Positions 10,133 to 22,219 of a stretch of 64,000 nt of DNA are shown piece after piece. Below the pieces are notes generated by a model. It was not told where the DNA came from. It made no database searches and was given only the letters and a program-made list of their open reading frames with translations. Location: positions 36-64,035 of the forward strand of contig CAISER010000035.1 of the NCBI GenBank assembly GCA_903884375.1. The letters are read 5' to 3'. This DNA is from Candidatus Collierbacteria bacterium. GTDB taxonomy: Bacteria > Patescibacteriota > Microgenomatia > UBA1400 > MFAQ01. The position numbers and the translations under genes are program-made. The first letter of the stretch is position 1. Each line of letters starts with the position of its first letter.

Positions 10133-10991
10133 ATATACCGCCATATGGATTTCTCACACTTCAATAAGTGATTATTTAAAGTGCCCAAGGGCGTATTACT
10201 TAAAAAACGTATATAAAGATTCCTCAACCGGACACAAGATTCAAATAATGACACCTTCTCTCGCACTTGGTCAGGCTGTCCATGAAGTGATCGAGTCTTT
10301 ATCAAATTTACCCACAAAGACAAGGATGGAAGAATCATTGGTCCTAAAATATGACAAAATTTGGGAAAAATTCTCTGGGAAAAAAGGAGGATTTATCAAT
10401 TTAGAAGAAGAACATAAATTTAAAGAAAGAGGAAAAATCATGCTAAGAAGGATAATGGACACCCCCGGACCAATAGCTAAATTGGCTGTTAAAATTCAGC
10501 AAGAACTTCCCCATTACTGGATATCGGAAGATGAAAATATAGTCTTATGTGGAAAAGTAGATTGGCTTGAATATGATCAAGAATCAGACTCGGTTCACAT
10601 CATAGATTTTAAAACAGGTAAAAAGAAGGAAGATGATGACTCTCTTCAATTGCCGATATATCATCTTCTTGTCCATCATTGTCAAAAAAGACCTGTTACC
10701 AAAGCCAGTTATTGGTACCTGGAAACAGATAATAATTTGACTGAGAAAAAATTACCTGATTTAAAAGAAGCTCATCTTAAAATTATTGAAATAGGTAGAA
10801 GAATAAAATTAGCCAGAAAATTAGAAAAATTTGATTGCCCTGAAGGACGGGAAGGTTGTATTCATTGTCTTTCAATGGAAAAAATTATCAAAGGAGAAGG
10901 GATATTCGTTGACTCAAACTCTCAACGAGACGTCTACATACTTCCTCATACGGAAGCAGAAACAGAAGTGTTAGACAGCATCATTCTTTAA
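10119..10991 (+). CDS. PD-(D/E)XK nuclease, RecB/AddB/Cas4-like
   Basis: ISHTS..YLKCP, G..VH, GKVD, IIDFKTG, QL.IY and C-terminal cysteines. Confidence 0.85.
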   Translation: MAKDKYTAIWISHTSISDYLKCPRAYYLKNVYKDSSTGHKIQIMTPSLALGQAVHEVIESLSNLPTKTRMEESLVLKYDKIWEKFSGKKGGFINLEEEHKFKERGKIMLRRIMDTPGPIAKLAVKIQQELPHYWISEDENIVLCGKVDWLEYDQESDSVHIIDFKTGKKKEDDDSLQLPIYHLLVHHCQKRPVTKASYWYLETDNNLTEKKLPDLKEAHLKIIEIGRRIKLARKLEKFDCPEGREGCIHCLSMEKIIKGEGIFVDSNSQRDVYILPHTEAETEVLDSIIL

Positions 10992-11009
10992 ATTTGCTAA
11001 AATTGCTTT

Positions 11010-11147
11010 ATGACAGATAAGAAATATTGGAAAAAAATATTGATATTAATCATTATTTGTTGTTTTATTGGAGGATTAGGTTTTGTTGTATGGCATGTTC
11101 CATTTGTAAAAGAGTGGATATTAAACTTGCCGTTTGAATTCAATTAA
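11010..11147 (+). CDS. Small single-TM membrane protein, 45 aa (not in the ORF track)
   Basis: MTDKKYWKKILILIIICCFIGGLGFVVWHVPFVKEWILNLPFEFN; TGCTAAAAT -10 element 6 nt before the ATG. Confidence 0.6.
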   Translation: MTDKKYWKKILILIIICCFIGGLGFVVWHVPFVKEWILNLPFEFN

Positions 11148-12070
11148 TAAGCTGCGATTGCCACCCCAAAAGTGTTTTGAGCATAAACACAGCCAAATAC
11201 ATACTCTCCACCTGCCAACAATGATCTATGACCCAAAGTGTTCTCCCATGCTTTTATTGCCTCTGAAGGTGTCGCGTAACCTTGAATAAGATACTCGCTG
11301 ATATTATATTTTTCGGAAATCCATTTTAGATCATCTCTTTTTAAAACAGGAACAAAACCAGCATGTCCATCAAGTTTGCCCAATTCAAGTAATTGATTCA
11401 ACCTAATCGAGGCAATGGTACACAACTCATCGGCTTGTTTTAAAGGGTTAACTCCCATCTCAACTCTTCTTTTATTAATTGACTCCCATAGTTCTATACC
11501 TCCCCATGACGCTATGGGTTTTATAATCCTTTTTGTTATTTTTTGTGGTGAAGCCAAAATTACATAAACATCAACCCTGTCTTCACTATTTTTGACAGCA
11601 ATGCCAATATCTTTAAAGTCAGAATGTTTCAAAGTACCAGCCGAAGTCGTATTATTGTTCCAAAAAGCTATTGGGTCATTGCTTTTAAAAAAGCTCATTA
11701 AAAACAATTCGCCGACAAGATTTGCTTCATAATTAGCATTTTTCAGAACATTTTCTCTCGTAATCCCAGTAATTGAACCATCGAAGTCTTTATCGGATAA
11801 AATAACAGACAATCTTGCTCTTGCTGATTGGTTTAATTTAGGATTATTGATTAATTTTGAGTATCCTTCCGTCTCTCGTTCTGAATTAATTTTTGAAAGA
11901 ATGCTTTCCACTGTCCAATCAGGAAGAAAGTTGATATTTTCATCACGCTGGATATAAATACGCTGTTTGGGTAAATCGGTTAGAAAATTTACAATATTTT
12001 TATTCCTAATAACAAAATATCCGAAAAAAAATAATAATGCAATTAATGTAATCAAGAAATATTTATTCAC
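11144..12070 (-). CDS. Membrane-anchored protein with two CAP (SCP-like) domains
   Basis: INSER..L..NPKLNQSA..GE..DIGIAV and a second INKRR..L..H..WENTLGH domain. Confidence 0.8.
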   Translation of the reverse strand: MNKYFLITLIALLFFFGYFVIRNKNIVNFLTDLPKQRIYIQRDENINFLPDWTVESILSKINSERETEGYSKLINNPKLNQSARARLSVILSDKDFDGSITGITRENVLKNANYEANLVGELFLMSFFKSNDPIAFWNNNTTSAGTLKHSDFKDIGIAVKNSEDRVDVYVILASPQKITKRIIKPIASWGGIELWESINKRRVEMGVNPLKQADELCTIASIRLNQLLELGKLDGHAGFVPVLKRDDLKWISEKYNISEYLIQGYATPSEAIKAWENTLGHRSLLAGGEYVFGCVYAQNTFGVAIAAY

Positions 12071-12140
12071 TATTTTAAGTATATAAGAGAATTAAGTAAC
12101 TTTAAATTATATTCATAGAAACACCTTGATATAATTACTT

Positions 12141-12446
12141 ATGAACATAATATTCAATCCACAAAAAATGACGATCAGCGATCGTTTAAGGAAGAGGATT
12201 GAAACAAAGTTCGAATCAGGCTTGGGCAAATATTTGAAACATTATCAAGAGGATTTAAAAGTAGCTTCTCTTTCAGTAGAGAAAGTGTCACGTTCTGGAT
12301 ATGAAATAAAATTCGACATGAACTTACCTGGATGCCCAATCAATATCAAAGATACACACAAGGTATTGTTGGATGGCATTATAAGAGTAAGAGATAAAGC
12401 CCAAAGGCAGGTACAAAAATATTTGGAAAAACTCAGAAGATATTAA
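12141..12446 (+). CDS. hpf: Ribosome hibernation promoting factor (HPF/RaiA family, short form)
   Basis: 101 aa; MNI...MTISDRLR..IE.K start and RQVQKYLEK end fit the S30AE pattern. Confidence 0.7.
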   Translation: MNIIFNPQKMTISDRLRKRIETKFESGLGKYLKHYQEDLKVASLSVEKVSRSGYEIKFDMNLPGCPINIKDTHKVLLDGIIRVRDKAQRQVQKYLEKLRRY

Positions 12447-12649
12447 TCAGTTTTCAACTTAATTGCCTGCATTGGGCATGATTCTATAGCAATTTTAACG
12501 TTTGCTACCACTACTTGATCTGAAAAATCTGCGTTTGGATTCTGAGCAGCCTTTCCGTCTTTTCCGTATCGAGTGCTAATAGCTCCTTCGGTAATATCTT
12601 CACACATATTACATCCGATGCATTTATTCTGGTCGATAATAATTTTCAT
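12443..12649 (-). CDS. Ferredoxin (single-cluster 3Fe/4Fe-4S type)
   Basis: CIGCNMC and CPMQAI motifs. Confidence 0.9.
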   Translation of the reverse strand: MKIIIDQNKCIGCNMCEDITEGAISTRYGKDGKAAQNPNADFSDQVVVANVKIAIESCPMQAIKLKTD

Positions 12650-12688
12650 AAATCAAATTGTAACCTGAACTGAGGATATAATCAAAAC

Positions 12689-13789
12689 ATGGAAAATATA
12701 ATTAAATGTCCAAAATGTGGTGAGGTAATTGAAATAACTGAAGCTTTAAGTCAATCAATCAAAATTGATCTCGAAAAAGAACTATCAGAAAAAATTAAAC
12801 AAAAATATACTGAGGAAGTAAAAACAAAAACACATCTTCTTGAAGAAGAATTAAAACTCAAAAACCAAAAATTGGAAGAATCAAGAGAGGCAGAGCTCAG
12901 AATAAGGCAAGAAAAACTAAAACTAGAAGACGATAAAAAATCTTTTGAGCTTGAAAAGCAACGCCAACTCGATGAAGAAAGAAATAAAATTCGTAAGCAA
13001 ACTTTGCTTGAAGCAAATGATTCACACCGGCTCGAAGATAAAGCCAAAGATAAAAGAATCAATGATTTGCTAAATGCGTTAGACGAGGCAAAAAGAAAAG
13101 GTGGCCAAGGATCACAACAGTTACAAGGAGAGGTATTGGAGCTTGATTTGGAGGAATATTTAAAATCAACATTTTCTCAGGATGACATAAATCCGGTTGG
13201 GAAAGGAGTGCGCGGAGCAGATATTAGTCAAACTGTCAGGACTAGCCTTGGAACGGTTTGTGGCATCATCCTTTGGGAATCAAAGCGAACAAAAGACTGG
13301 AAAGATGAATGGACAACGAAACTTAAAGATGATTTACGAGCCTCAAAAGCCAATATACCGGTGATTGTAACTCAAGTTCTTCCAAAAGCTCTTAAATCTG
13401 GTTTTGGCTATTATGAAGGAGTCTGGGTAACTGATCCAAAATACCTTCAACCATTAGCTGAAATACTTCGAAAAAATATAATTGATGTTGCAAGAGAAAA
13501 ACACAACAGTAAAGATCGGGGGACAAAAGCCGATATTGTTTATCGCTATCTTACCAGTGATGCCTTTGTCCAACAAATTCAAAGCATTATTGAAGTTCAT
13601 CAAAATATGCAAGTTCAGATTCAAAAAGAAAGGGCAGCTTATGAAAAACTATGGAAAGAACGAGAAGCACAAGCAGAAAGAATTCTCATAAGTACGGCTG
13701 GAATTTATGGAAGTATTCAAGGAATCGCCGGTCAGTCATTACCTACAGTTAAAGGCCTTGATCTGTTGGAAGCGTCTGAGTTATCTTGA
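12689..13789 (+). CDS. DUF2130 family coiled-coil protein
   Basis: CPKC at the N-terminus, long coiled coil, GSQQLQGEVLE, GADI and ILWESKRTK. Confidence 0.85.
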   Translation: MENIIKCPKCGEVIEITEALSQSIKIDLEKELSEKIKQKYTEEVKTKTHLLEEELKLKNQKLEESREAELRIRQEKLKLEDDKKSFELEKQRQLDEERNKIRKQTLLEANDSHRLEDKAKDKRINDLLNALDEAKRKGGQGSQQLQGEVLELDLEEYLKSTFSQDDINPVGKGVRGADISQTVRTSLGTVCGIILWESKRTKDWKDEWTTKLKDDLRASKANIPVIVTQVLPKALKSGFGYYEGVWVTDPKYLQPLAEILRKNIIDVAREKHNSKDRGTKADIVYRYLTSDAFVQQIQSIIEVHQNMQVQIQKERAAYEKLWKEREAQAERILISTAGIYGSIQGIAGQSLPTVKGLDLLEASELS

Positions 13790-14260
13790 TAGTTTTTGAA
13801 AAACGCCAAATTGTAAAAATAAAAAGGTTTTGCTAACAAACGGTTTAAAAAAAGGAATGTCTTTTAAGTAAATTAAATATTTATGTGGAGTTTCTCCTCT
13901 ACTTTGGAAAATGCCTATTTTTTCCATCAATAAACAGAACCAATCAAGATGGGGAGTAGGAGTAGTCAGAATTAATAAACCTTTTGGCTTTAACATATTC
14001 TTGATTTCCTTAAAACAATTAACATGTTCAACCATTTCAATAGCCACAACAGCATCATAATAATTCTTTTCGAATTTATAATTAACTACATTACCAATAA
14101 TGTCAGCTGGCTCAGATAAAGAAAAACCAACCACTTTATAACCTTTTTTCCTCAAAAAATTGGTAAACCACATATTTCCACAACCTAAGTCTAAAATTCT
14201 CATGCCTTTATTCAAATAAGGCATTATCATCTTAATTTTAATTGCTTGGGCAAACGTCAT
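13781..14260 (-). CDS. Class I SAM-dependent methyltransferase
   Basis: ILDLGCG, EMVEHV and LKPKGLLILTTP motifs. Confidence 0.88.
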   Translation of the reverse strand: MTFAQAIKIKMIMPYLNKGMRILDLGCGNMWFTNFLRKKGYKVVGFSLSEPADIIGNVVNYKFEKNYYDAVVAIEMVEHVNCFKEIKNMLKPKGLLILTTPTPHLDWFCLLMEKIGIFQSRGETPHKYLIYLKDIPFFKPFVSKTFLFLQFGVFQKLSR

Positions 14261-14274
14261 GTGGCTATTATAAG

Positions 14275-14538
14275 TTAGAAAGAGGATTTCTTATTTCGAA
14301 GCAAAAGCGGATAAAAATACATTAATGTACCCGTAATCGACATCACTATTAGAAAAATACTAAAAAGTGGACTCACAATGTTGTGAATAGACCTCAAAAA
14401 TAATAAATCGAAAGGAATTTTATTTACCATCCTGGGATATTTTAAAAATACTCCTGTAAACGTCATCATCAGTGTTGATATAGTAGTAACGATAACGAGC
14501 AATCTGTGTACTAATCTCGAAAAACTGTAGATATTCAT
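14275..14538 (-). CDS. Small two-TM protein (PepSY-TM/DUF4405-like) with His residues
   Basis: VHR...TG and IH...TG helix pattern. Confidence 0.55.
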   Translation of the reverse strand: MNIYSFSRLVHRLLVIVTTISTLMMTFTGVFLKYPRMVNKIPFDLLFLRSIHNIVSPLFSIFLIVMSITGTLMYFYPLLLRNKKSSF

Positions 14539-14542
14539 TTAT

Positions 14543-14938
14543 TTATTTTCTTAATGTACCAATAAGTAATAAGGCAAGATCAGAATTGGCTCTTGGTCCA
14601 TGTTTCTTTACAAAATTATATGCAGTAGTAGCGTCCTTCCCGCAATATTGAGCCATTATTTGAGGTCCTCCAGAATGTATTGAAAGATAATTTGTAACGT
14701 TATAAACATTATTATTTATTACATACCAACAATCATTATTTGTATTGTGTTTTGCAACGTCAGAAAGTGAGAAAGAACTATTTGATTGTTTTGAAATAGA
14801 AGTCGAAAATTGAACATTAGGTGATGTTTTATCGTTGGTATCTTTATTGTGACTGTTATTTATATAAACAAAGACAACGCTAACAACAAATAAAACTGTC
14901 AACATTACTCCAAATTTAATTTCCCACGTATCTTTCAT
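14543..14938 (-). CDS. Membrane-anchored cytochrome b5-like heme-binding protein
   Basis: VAKHNT.NDCW, VYNVT.Y..HSGG, CGKDAT, a second His and IG.L. Confidence 0.88.
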   Translation of the reverse strand: MKDTWEIKFGVMLTVLFVVSVVFVYINNSHNKDTNDKTSPNVQFSTSISKQSNSSFSLSDVAKHNTNNDCWYVINNNVYNVTNYLSIHSGGPQIMAQYCGKDATTAYNFVKKHGPRANSDLALLLIGTLRK

Positions 14939-14985
14939 AAAAATAATTTTACCTTATTCGATAAACCGTGTTAGCATAACCTTAC

Positions 14986-15759
14986 ATGAATTATCGAAAA
15001 ACCAGAAATATTTTCGACCCCGGCTCACCAGAACCATTTAAACTTAGTCGTTCAAAAATTGAACTATTTACCACTTGTCCTAGATGTTTTTACATGGATG
15101 TTCGTTTAGGAATATCAAGACCTTCAACTCCTCCGTATACTTTGAACTCAGCAGTGGACAATTTATTAAAAAATGAGTTTGATTTATTGCGGAAAAACGG
15201 AGAAGCTCATGAATTGATGAAAAAATATGACATTGATGCAATTCCTTTTCGCCACAAAGATCTTCCTTTGTGGCGTGGCGAAGTAAAAGCATTTGAAGGA
15301 GCCATGGTTGTAGATGAAAAATCAAATATCATGGTGAATGGTCTTGTTGATGACATATGGGTAAACCCCAAGGGAGAAATAATCATTGTAGATTACAAAT
15401 CCACCAGTTCTGTAAAAGAAGTGTCTCTCGAGGACGAGTGGAAAAAAGCTTACAAACGTCAGATGGAGATTTATCAATGGATATTTAGAAAACTTGGCTT
15501 TTCTGTTTCAGACACCGGTTATTTTGTTTATGCCAATGCCAAAAAGAATCTGCCAAAATTTGATGGCAAACTTGAGTTTGAAATGACCATTCTAACTCAT
15601 AAGGGAAACGATTCGTGGGTAGGGGAAACACTTGTGGATATGAGAAAAACTCTTGTTGGTAACAATATTCCTGCTGCAGACAATAGTTGCGAATACTGTG
15701 CATATCGAAAATCATCAGTAGATACGGTTTCTAAGTGGAAAAACGATCATAAAGGGTAA
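14986..15759 (+). CDS. PD-(D/E)XK nuclease family protein (Cas4-like, standalone)
   Basis: LSRSK..CPRCFY, GLVDD, IVDYKST, QMEIY and CEYC motifs. Confidence 0.85.
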   Translation: MNYRKTRNIFDPGSPEPFKLSRSKIELFTTCPRCFYMDVRLGISRPSTPPYTLNSAVDNLLKNEFDLLRKNGEAHELMKKYDIDAIPFRHKDLPLWRGEVKAFEGAMVVDEKSNIMVNGLVDDIWVNPKGEIIIVDYKSTSSVKEVSLEDEWKKAYKRQMEIYQWIFRKLGFSVSDTGYFVYANAKKNLPKFDGKLEFEMTILTHKGNDSWVGETLVDMRKTLVGNNIPAADNSCEYCAYRKSSVDTVSKWKNDHKG

Positions 15760-15768
15760 AATATACCG

Positions 15769-18019
<2,251 letters not shown>

Positions 18020-18102
18020 GATACTTGTATTGTACCCGAAAAGATCCTAACTCAGGAACAAAGTGTTAAAATACAACACACTTTAACAACTGGAGGAATG
18101 TG

Positions 18103-18399
18103 ATGATGGTGAAGACAAAAAAACGTACAGCAACAGAAATAACTTGTGTAATAACCGAAAATCAATTATCTGATTTATTAATACACCTTATCCCAATTGA
18201 AATTGCAACTCCCTATCGTAAAAAAATAATCATATCTAGCCCAATGAAAGATGAGTTTGGTACTAAATTCGATAATTGTGCTACTCACATAATAAGCGCT
18301 AATGTCCTATTCAGGGGGAAAAGCACCTATGTAGAAAAGATTGTTATTGAACCCACCAAAGGAGATAAATATTATTGTGTTCTCAGGCTAAACAGTTGA
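18103..18399 (+). CDS. Hypothetical orphan protein
   Basis: GGAGG SD at 18092-18096, upstream TGTTAAAAT and a downstream terminator. Confidence 0.55.
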   Translation: MMVKTKKRTATEITCVITENQLSDLLIHLIPIEIATPYRKKIIISSPMKDEFGTKFDNCATHIISANVLFRGKSTYVEKIVIEPTKGDKYYCVLRLNS

Positions 18400-18431
18400 A
18401 ATATCTATCTATCAAATATTTTGATTCCTTT

Positions 18432-18459
18432 ACCGTCCCACTTTCTGGGGCGGTTTTTT
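18432..18459 (+). terminator. Intrinsic terminator
   Basis: ACCGTCCCA-CTTTC-TGGGGCGGT followed by a T run. Confidence 0.75.
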
Positions 18460-18487
18460 GTACTCAATCTTCCTATGGTAGATGTAC

Positions 18488-19120
18488 CTATTTTTGTAGC
18501 TGGGGAATCGTAATCTTCGTATTAGCAAAAATCATATCTGGATTGGGGAAAAGTGCTTTGTTTGCCCAGTAGATTTTTGGCCATTGATAGCCATCTCCAT
18601 AAGCGCGAACGGCAATATTCCAGTATGAATCGCCTTTTTGAGTAGTATATTCGCCTATCGAAATAGGCTCTGTTGATTTCACTGTAGTCGTAACTATCGT
18701 TTCGGATTTTTCGACAACAGTAATCTTTTTAGCTTCAACTTTGGGGATTTTTAGCTCTTGTCCTGCCAAGATAACACCATCTCCTTTTATCTTATTTTCT
18801 TTCATGATATCTACATAGTTATATCCAGAACGATAAAATTTTTCGGCAATATGCCAAAGATCATCACCCTTAATTACTTTATAAGTTGCAATAATTTTGT
18901 CATTTTGTGTGTCTGAAATAACTGAGTTAGCCGCCTCTTGATCAGTAAGAAGTATTCCTTGCCAGGATTTAAGATTTGATGTACGGAAATAATTAAAAAT
19001 TAAACCGGCAATTACAACAACAACTATTCCACCCATTACGGTGCTTATAGTGTTCTCGTTCAGTTTGAAAAACTTTAGGATATTTTTAATTCTTTTTGAT
19101 GCATTCTGTCCTTTGCTCAT
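18488..19120 (-). CDS. Membrane-anchored protein with two LysM domains
   Basis: YKVIKGDDLWHIA and YTTQKGDSYWNIA..YGDG..W..I..AN. Confidence 0.9.
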   Translation of the reverse strand: MSKGQNASKRIKNILKFFKLNENTISTVMGGIVVVVIAGLIFNYFRTSNLKSWQGILLTDQEAANSVISDTQNDKIIATYKVIKGDDLWHIAEKFYRSGYNYVDIMKENKIKGDGVILAGQELKIPKVEAKKITVVEKSETIVTTTVKSTEPISIGEYTTQKGDSYWNIAVRAYGDGYQWPKIYWANKALFPNPDMIFANTKITIPQLQK

Positions 19121-19205
19121 ATATTTACATCTTATAGAATCTTTATTTGTTGTCAATAGTATGTTTAGGTTGTCATTGTCATAAATATTTGCTTAAATCA
19201 ACTTA

Positions 19206-21299
19206 ATGGAAAACAATACTCAAGAGACAGTTGAACCTATCAAAGAGTCCTTACCACCAGCTTCCGAGCCCCAAGTTGTTCCCCAGCCACCCAAATCTTC
19301 CAGTAAACTTCCGCTTATTGTTGGCGTTATCGCCTTAGTTCTTGTCTGTAGTGGTGCTGCTTATGCCTTTGGTAGTAAGCAGCTAATGAAAAACATTATT
19401 TCTACCAAATCATCTTCAGTTACCCAAGAAACACCATCGGTTGAGCCGACTGCCACTCAAACACCCCTATTTACAGGCCAGCTAAAGCGAATTGATCAGA
19501 ATCTCAAAATTTTTAAACAAACAGAAAGCGATGCCCTCAACTTTGTTGAAAACAATTTTGTGTATTATGAAGCAGGGAAGTTTAATCGTGGAGAATTATC
19601 TGGATACACCCGCATAATTGCAATTAGACCTTCGGAAGGTCCAGGCTCTCCACTTGTGTATGCCCTTGCTACAAAAGATTTCCAGACTTATGTCTTAGAT
19701 GATCCGGAGAGCAAAACCATCAAATATCTCGAAGACAGTTGGCAGAGCCCATATACATATCTTGATAAGTCAAAAATAAGTATGGTGAAAACATTTGACA
19801 CCGAACTACCCAGAAACATTAAGTTGGATGAACAAAACGCATTGTATTTCGAGGATTATTTTATTGATACAGTAGAAACAAACAATAAAGATAAAAACGG
19901 TAATAGTATTTACGAAACGATACTAGATACAGATTTCTCAAAATTCCAGAAACTAACCTCTCCGAATGCTAATTTAGCCGTTTATTTCGCTCCATTCCAA
20001 GGTATCGCCAGTGGCGCTATCTTAGACGAAAAAAGTAAGGAGATAGAAAAGCTCAAGAAACAGTACATCTTAGGAGACTCCGAGGTGATAGCTTCAGACT
20101 CGACAGGTGTACCTGTAAAGTACTCTCTTACAACCCCCTCAAAAGTGATGCAATACATCTCCCAAAAAGCCAAGTACGACGCAGATATGAAAACATACGA
20201 GGAACAGACAAAGCTTTTTCAAAACAAGCAAACCACGGTCCAGCCTCAATATCCGAAGTATATTTATCTGCCCAATCTTGGTTTCTTAAGCTCAGATATT
20301 GTTTCAACATCAAACAACCTCAAATACTTCAAGGACTATGAAACAGCCATCCCGGGAGCCTGTGCTACGAGTCAGAACACCCGCATTGTCAACATTAAAG
20401 ATGGGGAGCTAGAGCAGATCGGCATGGTTTCAGATAGACCACTTTTCCGTCTAAAAGACACCAGTAGCCCGATATACACTCTCGCCTATCAAAACAAAAT
20501 GCAGTATTACGACGGGAGCGGTGCCGAATGGAACGATGAAAATAAAAATATAGCCAAGCCAACGCTTTCCGAGTATGTCAGTCAGAACCCACTTCTTTTC
20601 GTGAAAGACTACTGGAATCGCTGGGTAGCTTTAGGTGAATACGACATTATGCTTCCGGGAGGTTGTGGTAAGCCGGTAATTTATCTTTATCCCACAGTTC
20701 CGACAGAAGTAACTGTACAGTTTCAAGTTCCCGTCCAGTTCACTACAGAAATCCCCACCTATGCTGGTGCCTGGCAGGTTTTAGCTCACAAGGACGGTAC
20801 CCTGGTTAATCTCAAGTCTCAGTCTACTGAGTGTGGCAAGATAGATTCCCAGAAAAAGGGCTCGGAATACGCCCAAAATGCCTGTAAAACCAACATCTAC
20901 CCCTATCTATTTTGGGCAGGAAACGTAAGTTCACAAAACTATCCGGACATAACAAAAGGCTGGGTGATAGCCAGATCCGAATTAAAAGGATTCATCAATG
21001 ACAAGCTGATAGAAATTGGTCTAAACAGCAAAGAAAAAACTGACTTTGAAAGCTACTGGCTTCCGGAGATGTTAGCCAAAGACACCCCATATTACCGTCT
21101 TAGCTTCCTTCAGACTGGTGAGCTAAACACTTTATTCCCGATGGAGGTAACCCCGCGCCCAGACACCATATTCCGTATTTTCCTCGATTACACACCACTT
21201 ACTATTAAGCCAAAATCGGAAATTCAGCCACAAACTCTTAATAAGCTTATTCGCAACGGCTTTACCTTAGTTGAGTGGGGCGGCTTAAAAAGAATATAA
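19206..21299 (+). CDS. Large membrane-anchored surface protein with a C-terminal KPVIYLYP...VEWGG domain
   Basis: Pro-rich N-terminus, one TM helix, a large extracellular region and the C-terminal GGCGKPVIYLYP...F..YW...VEWGG domain. Confidence 0.8.
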   Translation: MENNTQETVEPIKESLPPASEPQVVPQPPKSSSKLPLIVGVIALVLVCSGAAYAFGSKQLMKNIISTKSSSVTQETPSVEPTATQTPLFTGQLKRIDQNLKIFKQTESDALNFVENNFVYYEAGKFNRGELSGYTRIIAIRPSEGPGSPLVYALATKDFQTYVLDDPESKTIKYLEDSWQSPYTYLDKSKISMVKTFDTELPRNIKLDEQNALYFEDYFIDTVETNNKDKNGNSIYETILDTDFSKFQKLTSPNANLAVYFAPFQGIASGAILDEKSKEIEKLKKQYILGDSEVIASDSTGVPVKYSLTTPSKVMQYISQKAKYDADMKTYEEQTKLFQNKQTTVQPQYPKYIYLPNLGFLSSDIVSTSNNLKYFKDYETAIPGACATSQNTRIVNIKDGELEQIGMVSDRPLFRLKDTSSPIYTLAYQNKMQYYDGSGAEWNDENKNIAKPTLSEYVSQNPLLFVKDYWNRWVALGEYDIMLPGGCGKPVIYLYPTVPTEVTVQFQVPVQFTTEIPTYAGAWQVLAHKDGTLVNLKSQSTECGKIDSQKKGSEYAQNACKTNIYPYLFWAGNVSSQNYPDITKGWVIARSELKGFINDKLIEIGLNSKEKTDFESYWLPEMLAKDTPYYRLSFLQTGELNTLFPMEVTPRPDTIFRIFLDYTPLTIKPKSEIQPQTLNKLIRNGFTLVEWGGLKRI

Positions 21300-21302
21300 A
21301 AA

Positions 21303-21327
21303 ATGACCGTCCACAGGGGACGGTCAT
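21303..21327. terminator. Hairpin terminator after the 697-aa gene
   Basis: ATGACCGTCC-ACAGG-GGACGGTCAT, perfect 10-bp stem. Confidence 0.65.
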
Positions 21328-21483
21328 AATCAAAACACTTAAACTAATTGTTAGTTCAAAGCACTAAAGGCTTAACCATTCCCGCCTTCTCACGTTCAAT
21401 TGCATGATCGTAATGTTTCTTGTCTATCAGGGCAAGATCTCCATTGTTAGCTGCGAAATTTGCTAAGTGGTAGTCGTGATGGC

Positions 21484-21516
21484 AAAAAAATATCCTCCCA
21501 TAAAGGGAGGATATTT
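21484..21516 (-). terminator. Intrinsic terminator of tRNA-Asp
   Basis: AAATATCCTCCC/GGGAGGATATTT stem with a T run on the minus strand. Confidence 0.75.
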
Positions 21517-21522
21517 GTTTAG

Positions 21523-21596
21523 CGGGGCTGAAGGGGCTCGAACCCTCGACCTTCCACGTGACAGGCGGACGCTCTAACCAACTGAGCTACAGCCCC
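21523..21596 (-). tRNA. tRNA-Asp(GTC)
   Basis: Reverse complement GGGGCTGTAGCTCAGTTGGTTAGAGCGTCCGCCTGTCACGTGGAAGGTCGAGGGTTCGAGCCCCTTCAGCCCCG. Confidence 0.95.
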
Positions 21597-21859
21597 AGCA
21601 ATGTGTATTTTATCGCTTATAGGGGAATATCGCCACTCCAAGTTCGTTTTGAATGTAATACGCTAATAAAGCTTACTCGTCATTTTATCAATAATTAATC
21701 AATTAATGATATATAACCCTTCGTTTCCTATTATTTCTACGCCTGGAATGGCTAATCCTTTATAGTCTTGATATAATAGCCTAGTTAAATCATCTTAACG
21801 TTTTTACAGAATGGTTTCAAAGTGATGATTGCTTTGAAAGAATTAGAAAGGAGCCAGAA

Positions 21860-22141
21860 ATGGCTGTTCGTTTATACGTGGGGAATCTTCCCTATAGTGC
21901 TACCCAGCAAAAACTCCAGGAGATTTTTTCTCCCTTTGGAGCATTAGGTGAGTGCACAGTTATTTCAGATAAATTCTCCGGCAGGAGTAAAGGATTCGGC
22001 TTTGTCGAATTCGAAGACGCAGAAGCTGCAAAAACCGCCATCGAAAAGATGAACGGAACCGACCTCGAAGGTCGCAACATCATCGTCAACGAAGCTCGTC
22101 CTAAAGAGGATCGACCTGCTCGAAGTTTTGGAGGCCGCTAA
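21860..22141 (+). CDS. RRM (RNP-1) RNA-binding protein
   Basis: LYVGNL (RNP2), RSKGFGFVEF (RNP1) and VNEARP; AAAGGAG SD. Confidence 0.95.
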   Translation: MAVRLYVGNLPYSATQQKLQEIFSPFGALGECTVISDKFSGRSKGFGFVEFEDAEAAKTAIEKMNGTDLEGRNIIVNEARPKEDRPARSFGGR

Positions 22142-22179
22142 AATTGGCTTTTAAGCCGTCTTTGACGGCTATTAGAAAG

Positions 22180-22219
22180 GAAAACCGCCAATCTCCCCAA
22201 GAAGAGAAAGGCGGTTTTC
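22180..22219 (+). terminator. Terminator-like hairpin after the RRM gene
   Basis: GAAAACCGCC ... GGCGGTTTTC inverted repeat. Confidence 0.6.
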
